Positions 8,552 through 18,664 of a stretch of 64,000 nt of DNA are shown piece after piece. The notes beneath the pieces were generated by a model, which saw only the letters and a program-made list of their open reading frames with translations, was not told the DNA's origin and did not search any database. Positions within the stretch are counted from its first letter, which is position 1, and every line of letters begins with the position of its first letter. Source of the stretch: a virus (Duplodnaviria; Caudoviricetes); the IMG/VR virus record IMGVR_UViG_3300021254_000026, positions 44,010 through 108,009 of that record; one strand, 5' to 3'. The translations under genes and the position numbers were made by a program.

Positions 8552-8624
8552 GCAGATATAGCTCAATTGGTAGAGTGCAAGTTTTCCAAACTTGAAGTTG
8601 CGGGATCGTACCCCGTTATCTGCT
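8552..8624 (+). tRNA. tRNA-Gly(UCC)
   Basis: GCAGATA/TATCTGC; CAAGT-TTTCCAA-ACTTG; atypical T-loop ATCGTAC. Confidence 0.9.
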
Positions 8625-8674
8625 CAAAAAGTTCCTCCAAGATACTTTTAATAAACTTTAAATTTATTTAACGT

Positions 8675-8986
8675 ATGAAAAGAATTTTAATTTTATTAAC
8701 AAGTTTAATTGTTGGATTATCTGTTTATTCTGTAGAAGGATTTGATACTCTTAATGTTGATGTTCCTTGTAACATTAAAATCTTTAAAACAGATGGATAT
8801 TTAGTAAGAGTATTAAATAAAAACGGAAAGCCGAGTAAAAATGTTACTTGGGAAATCAAAGATAGTGTTTTACAAATTAAAGGATCTGGTGAAGATGCAA
8901 ATGAAACTACCGTAGTTGTATTTGCTCCAAATGATCAAAAAATATTGATAGACACTAAAAAGTACGATTTAAAAGAGACAGAGTAA
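8675..8986 (+). CDS. putative exported protein
   Basis: Signal-peptide-like N-terminus; beta-rich body. Confidence 0.7.
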   Translation: MKRILILLTSLIVGLSVYSVEGFDTLNVDVPCNIKIFKTDGYLVRVLNKNGKPSKNVTWEIKDSVLQIKGSGEDANETTVVVFAPNDQKILIDTKKYDLKETE

Positions 8987-9001
8987 TTTAACAATTAATG
9001 C

Positions 9002-9025
9002 AGGAAAGGGAATTTGCCCTTTCCT
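9002..9025 (+). terminator. intergenic hairpin, possible terminator
   Basis: AGGAAAGGG/CCCTTTCCT stem; weak T-tail. Confidence 0.4.
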
Positions 9026-9064
9026 ATTGAGAGAGGAAAAGATAATTATTTTTAACTTAAAATT

Positions 9065-9232
9065 ATGATTATGAAGAAATTATTATTTGTATTTGCTGCT
9101 TTTGTAGCTATTTGTTTTGCTAGTTGTACTACTAAATGTACTTGTGACAATCAATCCGAAGAAGATACTACAGTTGTAGATACTGCAGTTATGGATACTT
9201 TAAGTGTAGATTCTTGTGAGGAAGTATGTTAA
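9065..9232 (+). CDS. small lipoprotein (55 aa)
   Basis: MIMKKLLFVFAAFVAICFASC lipobox; acidic DT-rich tail. Confidence 0.75.
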   Translation: MIMKKLLFVFAAFVAICFASCTTKCTCDNQSEEDTTVVDTAVMDTLSVDSCEEVC

Positions 9233-9449
9233 ATGGTTAACTGAGAGTAACCGATAGAAACATCTATTGTATGCAATTCCAGCATCGTTTATTGGTACAT
9301 TTCTATTTGGAGCAGGATTAGCTTGTGGAATGGAATTTAAAGATAAACAATATGGTAATAAATGGGATTGGTTAGATTTATCTGCAACCTTAATAGGATC
9401 TGGAATTGGATAGGCTTTACAATTATTATTAATCTGGATTATTAAATAA
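9216..9449 (+). CDS. small membrane protein (TAG=Gln)
   Basis: GTG start; KWLTESNR*KHLLYAIP...MEFKDKQYGNKWDWLDL...GIG*AL; 2 TAGs; TAATG overlap with the next gene. Confidence 0.7.
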
Positions 9450-9694
9450 TGGACGAAAAAATTAGTTATGAAGAACTCGAAAACAGAAATAATTTTCTTT
9501 TGAAAAGGGTTCGAGATTTACAGGATCAACTGTCTCAAATTTCTAATTTAAATAATACTTTATATTGGTTATTTAAAGCGGTTGAAAATAAGGAAATTTT
9601 TGATAAGGATTTCATAATTAAAATAAAGAATCATTTGCAAAATATACTTACTCCTCCAGAAAATGAAATATTAGAAAATAAAGAACAAGTGTAA
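9449..9694 (+). CDS. hypothetical coiled-coil protein
   Basis: 81-aa ORF. Confidence 0.7.
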   Translation: MDEKISYEELENRNNFLLKRVRDLQDQLSQISNLNNTLYWLFKAVENKEIFDKDFIIKIKNHLQNILTPPENEILENKEQV

Positions 9695-9854
9695 AAAAGA
9701 AGGTAAGTAGGCAATTCTTCCTGGATGGAAAGGTTATTTTAAATGGGACTATAGTTCAAATTAGTTTATATTTTATAATGGAAAATATAGATTAAATGAA
9801 TGTTAGTTAAATGAAAAAGTATCACACAGAGATGATTTTATATTGATAATATGA
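9663..9854 (+). CDS. small hypothetical protein (TAG=Gln), weakly DUF2829/Tad2-like
   Basis: 63 codons, 4 TAGs; EGK*AILPGWKGYFKWD...RDDF; ATGA overlap with RNase H. Confidence 0.6.
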
Positions 9855-10255
9855 TTATATATACGGATGGTTCTTGTAGAGCTAATGGAATAGGCGGAGT
9901 AGGGATAGTGTGGATTAAAGATAATAAAATAGTTAAAGAATACTCTAGAAGATTTGAGAAAGCAACTAATAATACAATGGAGTTAACGGCTATTTATATA
10001 GCATTATTATCTATTAAAAAACCAATTGAATCTTTAGAAATAATTACAGATTCACAGTATTCTATCGGAGTGTTAACAAATCCTTCTTGGAATCCAAAAA
10101 AGAACATCGGGTTAATTAGTAAAATAAAAAATCAAATTAAAAAAACTCAAACTTTGGTAGAATTTCCAATAATATTTTCACATACAAAAGGACATTCTAC
10201 TGATCAATTTAATAACAAATGTGATTTATTAGCAACACAAGCGAGTAGTTTATGA
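9851..10255 (+). CDS. rnhA: ribonuclease HI
   Basis: IYTDGSC, TNNTMEL, ITDSQY, HTKGH...NNKCDLLA. Confidence 0.95.
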   Translation: MIIYTDGSCRANGIGGVGIVWIKDNKIVKEYSRRFEKATNNTMELTAIYIALLSIKKPIESLEIITDSQYSIGVLTNPSWNPKKNIGLISKIKNQIKKTQTLVEFPIIFSHTKGHSTDQFNNKCDLLATQASSL

Positions 10256-10644
10256 CTAAAAGAGAGTTATTTAAAGAAGTAAATGTTAAATGTTTAGAAC
10301 TCCAAAGTAAGTATCGTATTAATTGGGGAGGATGTTGTTATGTAGCAGCGGTTTTAGCTGAATTATTAACCAAATATGATATTCCGTATCAAGTAGTTTA
10401 TTTTGCTGATGGAGGATGTCATTATGCTATTAGAGTATGTGATAGGTATCTAAATCGGGATGAATTTAATAAACATTATATTTATTATGAATATAACGCT
10501 AATTATGAATCGTTATATAAAGAATATTATAATGGAGATTGGAATGATGTGTATGATACAAAGTACAATGGAATTGTAAAAATTTCTTTAATGAGAATAT
10601 TTAATAAATATGGAAAGAGAAGAAATCGTCGAAAGACTCAATAA
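10252..10644 (+). CDS. hypothetical protein
   Basis: 130 aa; INWGGCC...H pattern. Confidence 0.7.
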   Translation: MTKRELFKEVNVKCLELQSKYRINWGGCCYVAAVLAELLTKYDIPYQVVYFADGGCHYAIRVCDRYLNRDEFNKHYIYYEYNANYESLYKEYYNGDWNDVYDTKYNGIVKISLMRIFNKYGKRRNRRKTQ

Positions 10645-10876
10645 AAGTTTTCAGAATAATACATTAAACGCTGATGAGTATCTTCCGTTACTTACTGAAT
10701 TTTTAGAGTGTGAGCATAAAGATAAAGTTGATAAAATTATTCAATTAGTTTTATATCAACCTTTGCTTTTAGGACAAACTATATTAAAAGTAAAAGAATA
10801 TTTTATAAATAAATATGAAATATTTACATTAAGTAAGATTATTAATAATCAATATATTAATTTATGTTTTTATTAA
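10610..10876 (+). CDS. hypothetical protein
   Basis: 88-aa ORF within the operon. Confidence 0.7.
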   Translation: MEREEIVERLNKSFQNNTLNADEYLPLLTEFLECEHKDKVDKIIQLVLYQPLLLGQTILKVKEYFINKYEIFTLSKIINNQYINLCFY

Positions 10877-10877
10877 A

Positions 10878-11102
10878 ATGAAAAAATTATTCTTATTATT
10901 TGGAATTATATTGTTATTATCTTCTTGTGATTCTGTAACAACTGTTTCTAATCCATATTATGATACTAATAGAATTGTAATTTATCAAAGTCCTTATTAC
11001 TATTGGACTAGACCTTATGTAAGAATTACTCCTCCACCTAGAATATATTATAGTCATCCAAATTATCATAGAAGACATCATTATCATGGTGGAAGACGAT
11101 AA
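10878..11102 (+). CDS. putative lipoprotein
   Basis: MKKLFLLFGIILLLSSC lipobox; Tyr/Pro/His-rich tail. Confidence 0.75.
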   Translation: MKKLFLLFGIILLLSSCDSVTTVSNPYYDTNRIVIYQSPYYYWTRPYVRITPPPRIYYSHPNYHRRHHYHGGRR

Positions 11103-11113
11103 AATTATAAATT

Positions 11114-11227
11114 ATGAAAGCTAAACATAGAAGAAAGAATCTGGAATTAAAACAAAAGTGGTTTGATGCACTTCCTAACAATGTTAAAAATACAATGACT
11201 AGACCTGGATCTGTTAAAAAGAGCTAA
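11114..11227 (+). CDS. small basic protein (37 aa)
   Basis: MKAKHRRKNLELKQKWFDALP...RPGSVKKS fills the intergenic gap. Confidence 0.6.
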   Translation: MKAKHRRKNLELKQKWFDALPNNVKNTMTRPGSVKKS

Positions 11228-11228
11228 T

Positions 11229-11558
11229 ATGGAAGAAAACGAAAAATCAGATTTTAGAATACAAGAAGAAGATTTCATAATGGAACCAGTTAAAGAAGGA
11301 TCTTCCTTCTTTAATTTGGTTTTTATGAAAAAGACTAAAAAAAGAAATACGGGTGAAATTGTAATTGAACCCGGAAAACCGATGTATGGATTACCATTGC
11401 ATGCAGCATTGTTAAGAATTGTACATCATAAAACTTCTAAAAAACTTCAAGGAAGAACTGTACAGCTAAAAGAATTTTTGGTTGAGTTTCAAAAAGAATT
11501 TAAAGAAATGATAGAACTATGTCACGAAACTTTACCAGAACGATTGAAATATCAATAA
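11229..11558 (+). CDS. hypothetical protein
   Basis: 109-aa ORF. Confidence 0.7.
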   Translation: MEENEKSDFRIQEEDFIMEPVKEGSSFFNLVFMKKTKKRNTGEIVIEPGKPMYGLPLHAALLRIVHHKTSKKLQGRTVQLKEFLVEFQKEFKEMIELCHETLPERLKYQ

Positions 11559-11857
11559 TCATAATTCTTTTAGTAGTAGAGTTCTTTTTTGTTAAGAGTT
11601 TATATTATAAATCAGATAATACGGATATACTCATTAGAAAAATAGATAAATTAGAAAAACAGTTAAATGTTTTATCTAATAAGAAAGATAGTATTAGAAT
11701 TGTTATAGATACTATCAACAACGAAATAGTTCGTAACAATTACTACTATGAAAAAACTAATGATATTATTATTTCTCAACCTAGTGATTCAGATGCCGCT
11801 TTTGTCAGATACTATATCAGTAGATTCTGTGAAAGCCACGGCTATAATCTTCAATGA
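11519..11857 (+). CDS. membrane-anchored coiled-coil protein (spanin-like topology)
   Basis: N-terminal TM segment, then coiled coil; overlaps the next gene. Confidence 0.55.
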   Translation: MSRNFTRTIEISIIIILLVVEFFFVKSLYYKSDNTDILIRKIDKLEKQLNVLSNKKDSIRIVIDTINNEIVRNNYYYEKTNDIIISQPSDSDAAFVRYYISRFCESHGYNLQ

Positions 11858-12095
11858 TCATGCTAGATTAGAGAAAGAAAATTCTCTTTTGCTGAGAAAA
11901 ATTGGATCTTTAGAAGATCTAAATAAACTTTACGTTCAATCTGATTCTATTAAAGATTCCGAAATAGAATTATATAAAGAAAAATCAAATAAAGATGAAC
12001 GTAAAATTACGAGACTGAAAAAATCCAGAAAATTAATCGGAATCGGTTCTGGAATTGGTGGAATTTTATTATTTATTTTAGGTATATTGATATGA
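11748..12095 (+). CDS. coiled-coil protein with C-terminal TM segment (spanin-like topology)
   Basis: Signal-like N-terminus, coiled coil, hydrophobic C-terminus. Confidence 0.55.
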   Translation: MKKLMILLFLNLVIQMPLLSDTISVDSVKATAIIFNDHARLEKENSLLLRKIGSLEDLNKLYVQSDSIKDSEIELYKEKSNKDERKITRLKKSRKLIGIGSGIGGILLFILGILI

Positions 12096-12400
12096 AACAG
12101 CAATATAATCTTTATTATGGAACAGTGGATGGTCCACTTAAGGTTAAGTATAGAGTAACAAGAAGCTTTAATGATGATATTTCTGCTAAAAATGCAGCAT
12201 TTGAAGAAGCTACTAACCTTTATTATAAGAATGAAGGAACATCAGGATTACCTGGATATTCGATTATTCAAAAAGAATCAGAGGTTACGGGAATAAATAT
12301 CTTGAAACTTTATAAGGAACATGTAGAAGATTTAATGATGTGGTTTGCAGTGCCTACTGTTCTAGATACAGTAAGTAATAAGAAATTGAAATTTAGTTAA
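12092..12400 (+). CDS. hypothetical protein
   Basis: 102 aa; coupled to both neighbours. Confidence 0.7.
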   Translation: MKQQYNLYYGTVDGPLKVKYRVTRSFNDDISAKNAAFEEATNLYYKNEGTSGLPGYSIIQKESEVTGINILKLYKEHVEDLMMWFAVPTVLDTVSNKKLKFS

Positions 12401-12714
12401 TGACTACAATACATGCTCAATTGGTTGCATTTGAACAAGATTTGTTAAATTATATAACGTATGTATTTAAAAATCTTGATAATGCTCCATTTGGACATAA
12501 TTATATAATGTGTAAAAGATTTCCAAATTGGCAATCTGGACCCATTAATTTAGGAGATTCTGGTTTTTTAACATATGATGTTGTAGAATCCGGAAGAGAT
12601 ACATGGTATGACAAAAATACAGGTCAGAATATTCCATACAATTATTCTGATATTATATTTATAAGTTTTACTAAAGACAAAAATATAGATACTTCAAAAG
12701 AAATTATATTATGA
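12400..12714 (+). CDS. hypothetical protein
   Basis: 104 aa; TAATG overlap. Confidence 0.7.
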   Translation: MTTIHAQLVAFEQDLLNYITYVFKNLDNAPFGHNYIMCKRFPNWQSGPINLGDSGFLTYDVVESGRDTWYDKNTGQNIPYNYSDIIFISFTKDKNIDTSKEIIL

Positions 12715-12726
12715 TTAAGATTTTAT

Positions 12727-13614
12727 ATGAATACTACATTAGGTGATGCGTTAACTAAGGCTTTAGATAATAAGAAACCAGATTATTCTCAATTTAAATG
12801 GAAGGGACCAAAGGTAAGAGAAGGAGATAAAACAGTTCAAGAAACAGTTAAACTTGTTGATGCAAATCCAGCACAATTAATTACCTGGTATAATCATTGT
12901 GAAAAAATGTTAAATAATGAGGATCCTAGGAATCCTGGAAGATACAATGTGTTTGAACAAGTAAAGGATGAAATGTATAAGTGTAATATTGAACTATTGA
13001 TTCGATATTTTAAGAATGCTTATTTGTCTGGTTCTAGACCTTCTATTGAGAGATCTGAACTTGTTCCTATGTTATTTTCACTTCAGCACAACAATCCTGA
13101 AATTGAAGATTGGAGTAAGGTTAAAATGAATCAGATAAATGCTATGGAATCTTATATTCCTGGTGGAATTCCTGATGAATTTGCAAATATATCTGTAACA
13201 GATCTTATGTCTGGTTGTACTAATAGTCTTGGTTCATTTGATAAAAGTCATTTAACAATGACATTTATTGTAAAAATGGGTTTATGGATTACTAAGTCAG
13301 AGGAAAATGAACTTAAGGGTAACGATAATTCTAATGGTGAAAGATTGAGAGTTGCTAAAGAAAGACTACATATTCCTGCTAAATTGAATTTGAAATTTAG
13401 TGATAAAGGACTATCGTTTCATGAAATGCGAGCAATTTTGACACTTCCTAAACGTCAAAGATATTCAGACATGACTACTGAACAATTAATAACTTTAAGA
13501 AATTTAGTATTGCCTAGATATTTGAAGGAAGTAGACAATCACATCTATTCGTGGAAGCAACTGAAAAGACAAATAGAACTTGTTGCTAAAAGTAAAAATA
13601 TAAAGTTATCATGA
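12727..13614 (+). CDS. hypothetical protein
   Basis: 295 aa; coupled to the helicase. Confidence 0.8.
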   Translation: MNTTLGDALTKALDNKKPDYSQFKWKGPKVREGDKTVQETVKLVDANPAQLITWYNHCEKMLNNEDPRNPGRYNVFEQVKDEMYKCNIELLIRYFKNAYLSGSRPSIERSELVPMLFSLQHNNPEIEDWSKVKMNQINAMESYIPGGIPDEFANISVTDLMSGCTNSLGSFDKSHLTMTFIVKMGLWITKSEENELKGNDNSNGERLRVAKERLHIPAKLNLKFSDKGLSFHEMRAILTLPKRQRYSDMTTEQLITLRNLVLPRYLKEVDNHIYSWKQLKRQIELVAKSKNIKLS

Positions 13615-14870
13615 CAAGAACTGAACGACAACAAGAAGCTATAAGAAGATGGTTAAAATCTAAAGGCAAAGGAACAATAGAAATGCCTACGGGGGTTGGT
13701 AAAACTAGGACAGCTATAATGACTGTTAAAAAAGTATTAGAGAAATATCCAAATCTTAGAATTCTTGTTGTCGTTCCTACTACTACTTTAAAAGAACAAT
13801 GGGAAAGTCAATTAACTGATTGGGATATAATATTTAATGCAGAAGTTCAAGTAATTAATTCTGTAATTAAACATAATTGGACTTGTGATTTTTTAATTTT
13901 AGATGAAGTGCATCGTTATAGTGCTGAAACATTCTCAGAAGTATTTCAAAAAGTTAAATATAAACTTATAATGGGTTTAACTGCTACTTTTGAAAGGTTA
14001 GATGGAAAACATGTAATTATTGAAAAATTTTGTCCGATTGTTGATAAAGTTTCTAAAGAAGAAGCAATTATTAATGGTTGGATTTCAGAGTATAAAGAAT
14101 ATCAAGTACTTTTAAATGTAGATGATATTGAATATTACAAACAGTTAAATAAAGAATTTGTTAAATATTTTGAATTTTTTGGTTTTGATTTCAAAAAAGC
14201 GATGGATTGCCTTGGTCCTAATGGATGGCAAAATAAGTTAAGACTTCGTGATGAAATTTATCAAGGTAATGATGAATCTGAAAGAAAGAAAATCCTTCAA
14301 TTAATTACTATAAACGCTATGGGTCTTCAAAGAACTATGGCACAAAGAAAAGCATTCATTAATAATCATCCAAAAAAGATTGAAATTGCTAGAAAAATCA
14401 TGGAAGCTCGACCTAATTCGAAAATTATAACATTTAGTAAAAGTGTTAAAATGGCTGAAGCCTTAGAAAACGGACAGAATGTATATACTGGAAAAATTTC
14501 TAAGAAAAAAGGTAGAGTAATGATTGAAGATTTTAATGATGTTGATGTAGGACATTTACATACATGCAGTAAGGCTGATGAAGGCCTCGATTGTAAAGGC
14601 TTATCAGTAGCTATAATACTTGGATTTGATAGTAGTGAAACTAAAGCTAGACAAAGAAGAGGTCGAGCAATTCGTAAAGAAGGAGATAAACAAGCTGAAA
14701 TATTTTATCTTGTTATTAACGATACTCAAGAATTATCTTGGTTTAAAAACTCACACAAATCTGATTCAGATTATTTAACAATTGATGAACATGGACTTGA
14801 ACAAGTTCTTAATGGAGAAGTTCCTGATTTATATATGAAAAAACAAGCACAATTTACTTTTAGATTTTAA
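13611..14870 (+). CDS. superfamily 2 DExH helicase
   Basis: PTGVGKT, DEVH, GLTAT, DEGLD, QRRGRAIR. Confidence 0.93.
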   Translation: MTRTERQQEAIRRWLKSKGKGTIEMPTGVGKTRTAIMTVKKVLEKYPNLRILVVVPTTTLKEQWESQLTDWDIIFNAEVQVINSVIKHNWTCDFLILDEVHRYSAETFSEVFQKVKYKLIMGLTATFERLDGKHVIIEKFCPIVDKVSKEEAIINGWISEYKEYQVLLNVDDIEYYKQLNKEFVKYFEFFGFDFKKAMDCLGPNGWQNKLRLRDEIYQGNDESERKKILQLITINAMGLQRTMAQRKAFINNHPKKIEIARKIMEARPNSKIITFSKSVKMAEALENGQNVYTGKISKKKGRVMIEDFNDVDVGHLHTCSKADEGLDCKGLSVAIILGFDSSETKARQRRGRAIRKEGDKQAEIFYLVINDTQELSWFKNSHKSDSDYLTIDEHGLEQVLNGEVPDLYMKKQAQFTFRF

Positions 14871-14874
14871 GATT

Positions 14875-15063
14875 ATGACGATTGAAAGAATGCTAAGATT
14901 TTTAGTTCTTAGAGGAATCAATAATGATATGGTTGAAAGTAATAAATTTTCAAAATATATAAAAACACATTATGATTCTAATAGACTTCTTAAAGATTAT
15001 GAAACTCTTGGAACTGAATTTTTACAAGAATATGCTTTAGAAACACCTCGAAAGAGTGAATAA
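14875..15063 (+). CDS. hypothetical protein
   Basis: 62-aa ORF. Confidence 0.55.
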   Translation: MTIERMLRFLVLRGINNDMVESNKFSKYIKTHYDSNRLLKDYETLGTEFLQEYALETPRKSE

Positions 15064-15112
15064 ATTAAATGCAGTTGGAGATATTTAATTTAAATATTGA
15101 AAACTGATACGA

Positions 15113-15715
15113 GTGGAAAAATTTGAGACAACAATAGAAAATACGTTAGCTCTGCTGGAGAAATATAATATTACTCCAACAGAGCTATTTGTAATTAAAT
15201 TAATTTTATTAATTAAAGAGGAAGGAGAATATGAACCTTTACAAAGATATGCTTCTATATTTAATATAAGAGAAACTTTAGAATCTTTAAGAAATAAAGA
15301 AATTATTTTGAAAAGTTATAAAATTCCTAATTCTGGAGAAAAGTTTGAACCAGAAAGAGTAGAATTTAATAAGAACTTTATAAAACAATTCTTTAGAGCA
15401 TCTTTTGAAATGGGAAAAGAACTATTTGATGTGTATCCACAAACTACTATAGTTAATGGGTCAGTCTATAATTTACGTAGAATATCAAAAAAATTTGATT
15501 CTTTAGAAGATGCATTTCTTAAATATGCTAAATATATAAATAATTCTCCAGAACAACACAATCAAATTATAGAACTGGTTAAGTGGGGTATAGACAACGG
15601 ATATAACTTTACTACACTTGATGACTTTATTTGTGACAATGCTTGGTTAGCTATTGAAGCAATTAAAAATGGAGAAGCAATTAATATAAATACTAATGCA
15701 ATTAAAATGATATGA
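15113..15715 (+). CDS. hypothetical protein
   Basis: 200 aa; GTG start uncertain. Confidence 0.7.
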   Translation: MEKFETTIENTLALLEKYNITPTELFVIKLILLIKEEGEYEPLQRYASIFNIRETLESLRNKEIILKSYKIPNSGEKFEPERVEFNKNFIKQFFRASFEMGKELFDVYPQTTIVNGSVYNLRRISKKFDSLEDAFLKYAKYINNSPEQHNQIIELVKWGIDNGYNFTTLDDFICDNAWLAIEAIKNGEAININTNAIKMI

Positions 15716-15864
15716 AGAAATATTTAGTACGATTTACCACAAAAGGTGGTGATTATGATAAAGAGTGGTGTTATGCTAATTCTGAACAAGAAGCAGCTGA
15801 TGAGATAGAACACGAGCATTGGAATATTGCTCATATTGATTTAGTAGAGAAAATATATGATTGA
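15712..15864 (+). CDS. small acidic protein (50 aa)
   Basis: MKKYLVRF...YANSEQEAA; ATGA overlap; pattern shared with 34483 and 34668. Confidence 0.6.
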   Translation: MKKYLVRFTTKGGDYDKEWCYANSEQEAADEIEHEHWNIAHIDLVEKIYD

Positions 15865-16117
15865 GAATGTAGAATTAAAAATTACTCCTGAGTTTTCTAA
15901 TTATTTAAAATTTTGCGAAACAAATCCTACGGAAGAAGAAAAAATTAAATACTTATTAAAGAATTATGGAGTTAATAGAAGCTAAAGAAAAATTTAAGGA
16001 TTTATTAATGAGTTTGGATAAACCTCCTACTTTATATGAAGATTCTAAAGGAAATATATATTTAAGAATAGGAGAAAATCAGAATTTGAAAGTTTAAGTA
16101 AATTTAAATAATATTTT

Positions 16118-16414
16118 ATGAGAGATAATAGATGTCCGTATATTGGTTCGTGTAGCCTTTGTCCATATTTAGAGAATTGTCCTTGCATAGATGAAGAATT
16201 TAAATATTATTTTTATAGACTAAATCGTAGAAATAGTACTTATAAGGAAATCTCACATAGCAACAATTATGTAGAAATTATGAAATCTGTAAGTATTTAT
16301 TTATCTGATAAGAAACATTTAAGAAAAAATTTACAGTTAGTAGTTACGTTAAATGGACCTTGTTCTTGGAATAATTCAATAAGAATAGATTATGAATCAA
16401 CAAGAATTAATTAA
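16118..16414 (+). CDS. hypothetical protein with Cys-rich N-terminus
   Basis: CPYIGSCSLCPYLENCPC. Confidence 0.6.
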   Translation: MRDNRCPYIGSCSLCPYLENCPCIDEEFKYYFYRLNRRNSTYKEISHSNNYVEIMKSVSIYLSDKKHLRKNLQLVVTLNGPCSWNNSIRIDYESTRIN

Positions 16415-16610
16415 TAAAATTTATCACGAGTTTGCTGATAGATTTTATGAACTTAGTAAATATAGTTTAAATGAACCTATAACATTACATTATTCTGTAG
16501 GAGATATAATATTGTGTTTCAAACCATATCGTGATGAATGTTATGGAGAAGACTATGATGATTGGGGTGTTGGTCCTGATATTGGTGATTTAGACGATGC
16601 GATGGGATGA
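16392..16610 (+). CDS. hypothetical protein
   Basis: 72 aa. Confidence 0.6.
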   Translation: MNQQELINKIYHEFADRFYELSKYSLNEPITLHYSVGDIILCFKPYRDECYGEDYDDWGVGPDIGDLDDAMG

Positions 16611-16888
16611 TATATTATGATGAAATTGCAGAATTAGCATGTTTAATGTTACATGTTAATTATAATGAATTATTAGATCAAGGATATGATGAATCTTATA
16701 TAGATGATATGTTTTATGAGGAATATAATATAACTTTAGAAGATTTTGAACATATTCTTAAAGACTTAATAAAATTTACTCCAACTTGGAAATCCCCTTT
16801 AACAGATGAAATATATCAAGGATTTGTTGTTAACGAAGGAGAAAGTTTGTGGAGATCTGTAATTAGAGAAAAGTATGACGATAACTGA
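16607..16888 (+). CDS. hypothetical acidic protein
   Basis: 93 aa; ATGA overlap. Confidence 0.7.
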   Translation: MIYYDEIAELACLMLHVNYNELLDQGYDESYIDDMFYEEYNITLEDFEHILKDLIKFTPTWKSPLTDEIYQGFVVNEGESLWRSVIREKYDDN

Positions 16889-17963
16889 ATCTCTTTTAAA
16901 AGAAATTGAGTTAGGTAGAGAAGGAAAGTCCCAGGGATATTCTATGGGTTTACCAAAACTAGAATCTATAATTGATGGAGTTACTAAAGGAACTATGACT
17001 ATTATAGGAAGTAATACCGGTAGTGGTAAATCCAGTTTTGTTTTATATGCATATGTCTATCGTCCATTAATGGAACATTTGGAAGATGATAATTTTAAAG
17101 TGTTTTATGCCTCATTAGAGATGAATGCTAATATGCTTTTTGCTAAATTATTATCTACTTATATCTTTGAACATTATGGGAAAGAATTAACAATTAAAGA
17201 AATATTATCAAGAAAACGAAATTATCGTTTAAGTGATGAAGATTTTAAAATTGTTTTGGAAGGACTTGAATGGTTAAAGAAAGTAGAAACTAAAGTAGAA
17301 GTATATGATAAATCTTTAACAGCTAAACAACTATATGCAATTCTGTTAAAGAGATTAGAATCATTAGGTGTATTTGAAGAATCTGAGAATAGAAAAATTT
17401 TTAAACCTTATAATCCAGACTTGATTTATGAAGTAGTATTAGATCATGTCGGAATTCTAAAACCAGATGGTGGAACTAAAAAACAAGAAATAGATAAAAC
17501 TATTGCTTGGTTAATTACGCTTAGAAATATGTGTGGAATAAGTCCCACTATTGTTCAGCAAATTAATAGAGATCAAGGAAATATAGAACGATTTAAAGCT
17601 GGACGCACTCAAATTACTTTAAATGATTTTAAAGAATCTAGTGATACTACTGATGGTGCGGAAATAGTAATAGCATTATATAACCCAAATCGAGATAAGC
17701 TTGCTACTTATAGAGGTTATGATGTAAAGAAATTAGGTGATTTATTTAGAGTTATAACTGTACTTAAATCCCGATATGGAACATCTGACGTAGAAATTGG
17801 AACAAATTTCTTAGGTATGGTTAATATCTGGAAGGAACTTCCGCTTCCTAATGAAATATATGATTATGATAAATACTTAACCCCAGATTATATTTTGGAG
17901 AAAGGAGATAATAATGAAAATGTAGATGATTTAAATGAAACGAAATTTAATTTTATATTATGA
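16875..17963 (+). CDS. dnaB: DnaB-like replicative helicase
   Basis: SNTGSGKSS, SLEM, LDHVG, QQINR, KSRYG. Confidence 0.9.
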   Translation: MTITESLLKEIELGREGKSQGYSMGLPKLESIIDGVTKGTMTIIGSNTGSGKSSFVLYAYVYRPLMEHLEDDNFKVFYASLEMNANMLFAKLLSTYIFEHYGKELTIKEILSRKRNYRLSDEDFKIVLEGLEWLKKVETKVEVYDKSLTAKQLYAILLKRLESLGVFEESENRKIFKPYNPDLIYEVVLDHVGILKPDGGTKKQEIDKTIAWLITLRNMCGISPTIVQQINRDQGNIERFKAGRTQITLNDFKESSDTTDGAEIVIALYNPNRDKLATYRGYDVKKLGDLFRVITVLKSRYGTSDVEIGTNFLGMVNIWKELPLPNEIYDYDKYLTPDYILEKGDNNENVDDLNETKFNFIL

Positions 17964-18430
17964 GTTCACTTGTAAGTCTTTGCGGGCTTTCTAATAGTGG
18001 TAAGAGTACTAGTTTAAGATACCTTAACCCTTCAGAAACATTTATTATTAGTTGTACTAATAAACAACTACAAATTCCAGGTTTTAGAAAAAAATATCCC
18101 AAAGCCACGATAGAAGATAAAAAATTAGTTGGAAATTGGTTAGTAAGTAATAATTATGCAACCATTACTAAAATACTTAATGCTGTGTCCAAAACTAGGC
18201 CAGAGATTAAAGTAGTGGTCTTAGATGATACTAATTATCTTCTATCGAATGAGACTTTTCAAAATGCTCTTGTAAAAGGATATGAGAAATTTTCTGTTCT
18301 TGCAAAGAACTATTATGATCTAATTCAAACTTGTCAAGAGTTAAGGGATGATATAACAGTAGTATTTATTTCACATATTGAGAATGTTGGAACTGACATT
18401 GATCCAGAATATCGTATGTGGACGACTGGT
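17960..18430 (+). CDS. AAA_24-type P-loop ATPase, exon 1
   Basis: GLSNSGKST, VVLDD; predicted splice gives MWTTG|KMLTQ. Confidence 0.85.
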
Positions 18431-18610
18431 AATTAATTTTGCCTGTATTACCCCTAATTCGGTGAACCCTAAACTTATTTATAAGCATGGGAATACCGAG
18501 CCAAGCAGAATAATATATTCGGGCGCGTGTAACGACTAGTTCCGTATCGGGAACGTAAAATAAAGATGATACCTTTATTTGAAATGGGGATGTTATAAAA
18601 TGTTAAAAAT

Positions 18611-18641
18611 TTTGATGTTGTCAAAAAAGTAAATATTATTA
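18611..18641 (+). promoter_or_regulatory. intron-internal variant promoter
   Basis: TTTG-N19-TATTATTA upstream of the endonuclease ATG. Confidence 0.5.
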
Positions 18642-18664
18642 ATACATAATAAAAATTTAATATT

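Noticed and set aside
1440-8660. Amber suppressor tRNA (CUA)
   Set aside because: Only UGU and UCC anticodons were found, and the 1568 element has no CTA anticodon register; a suppressor may lie outside the window
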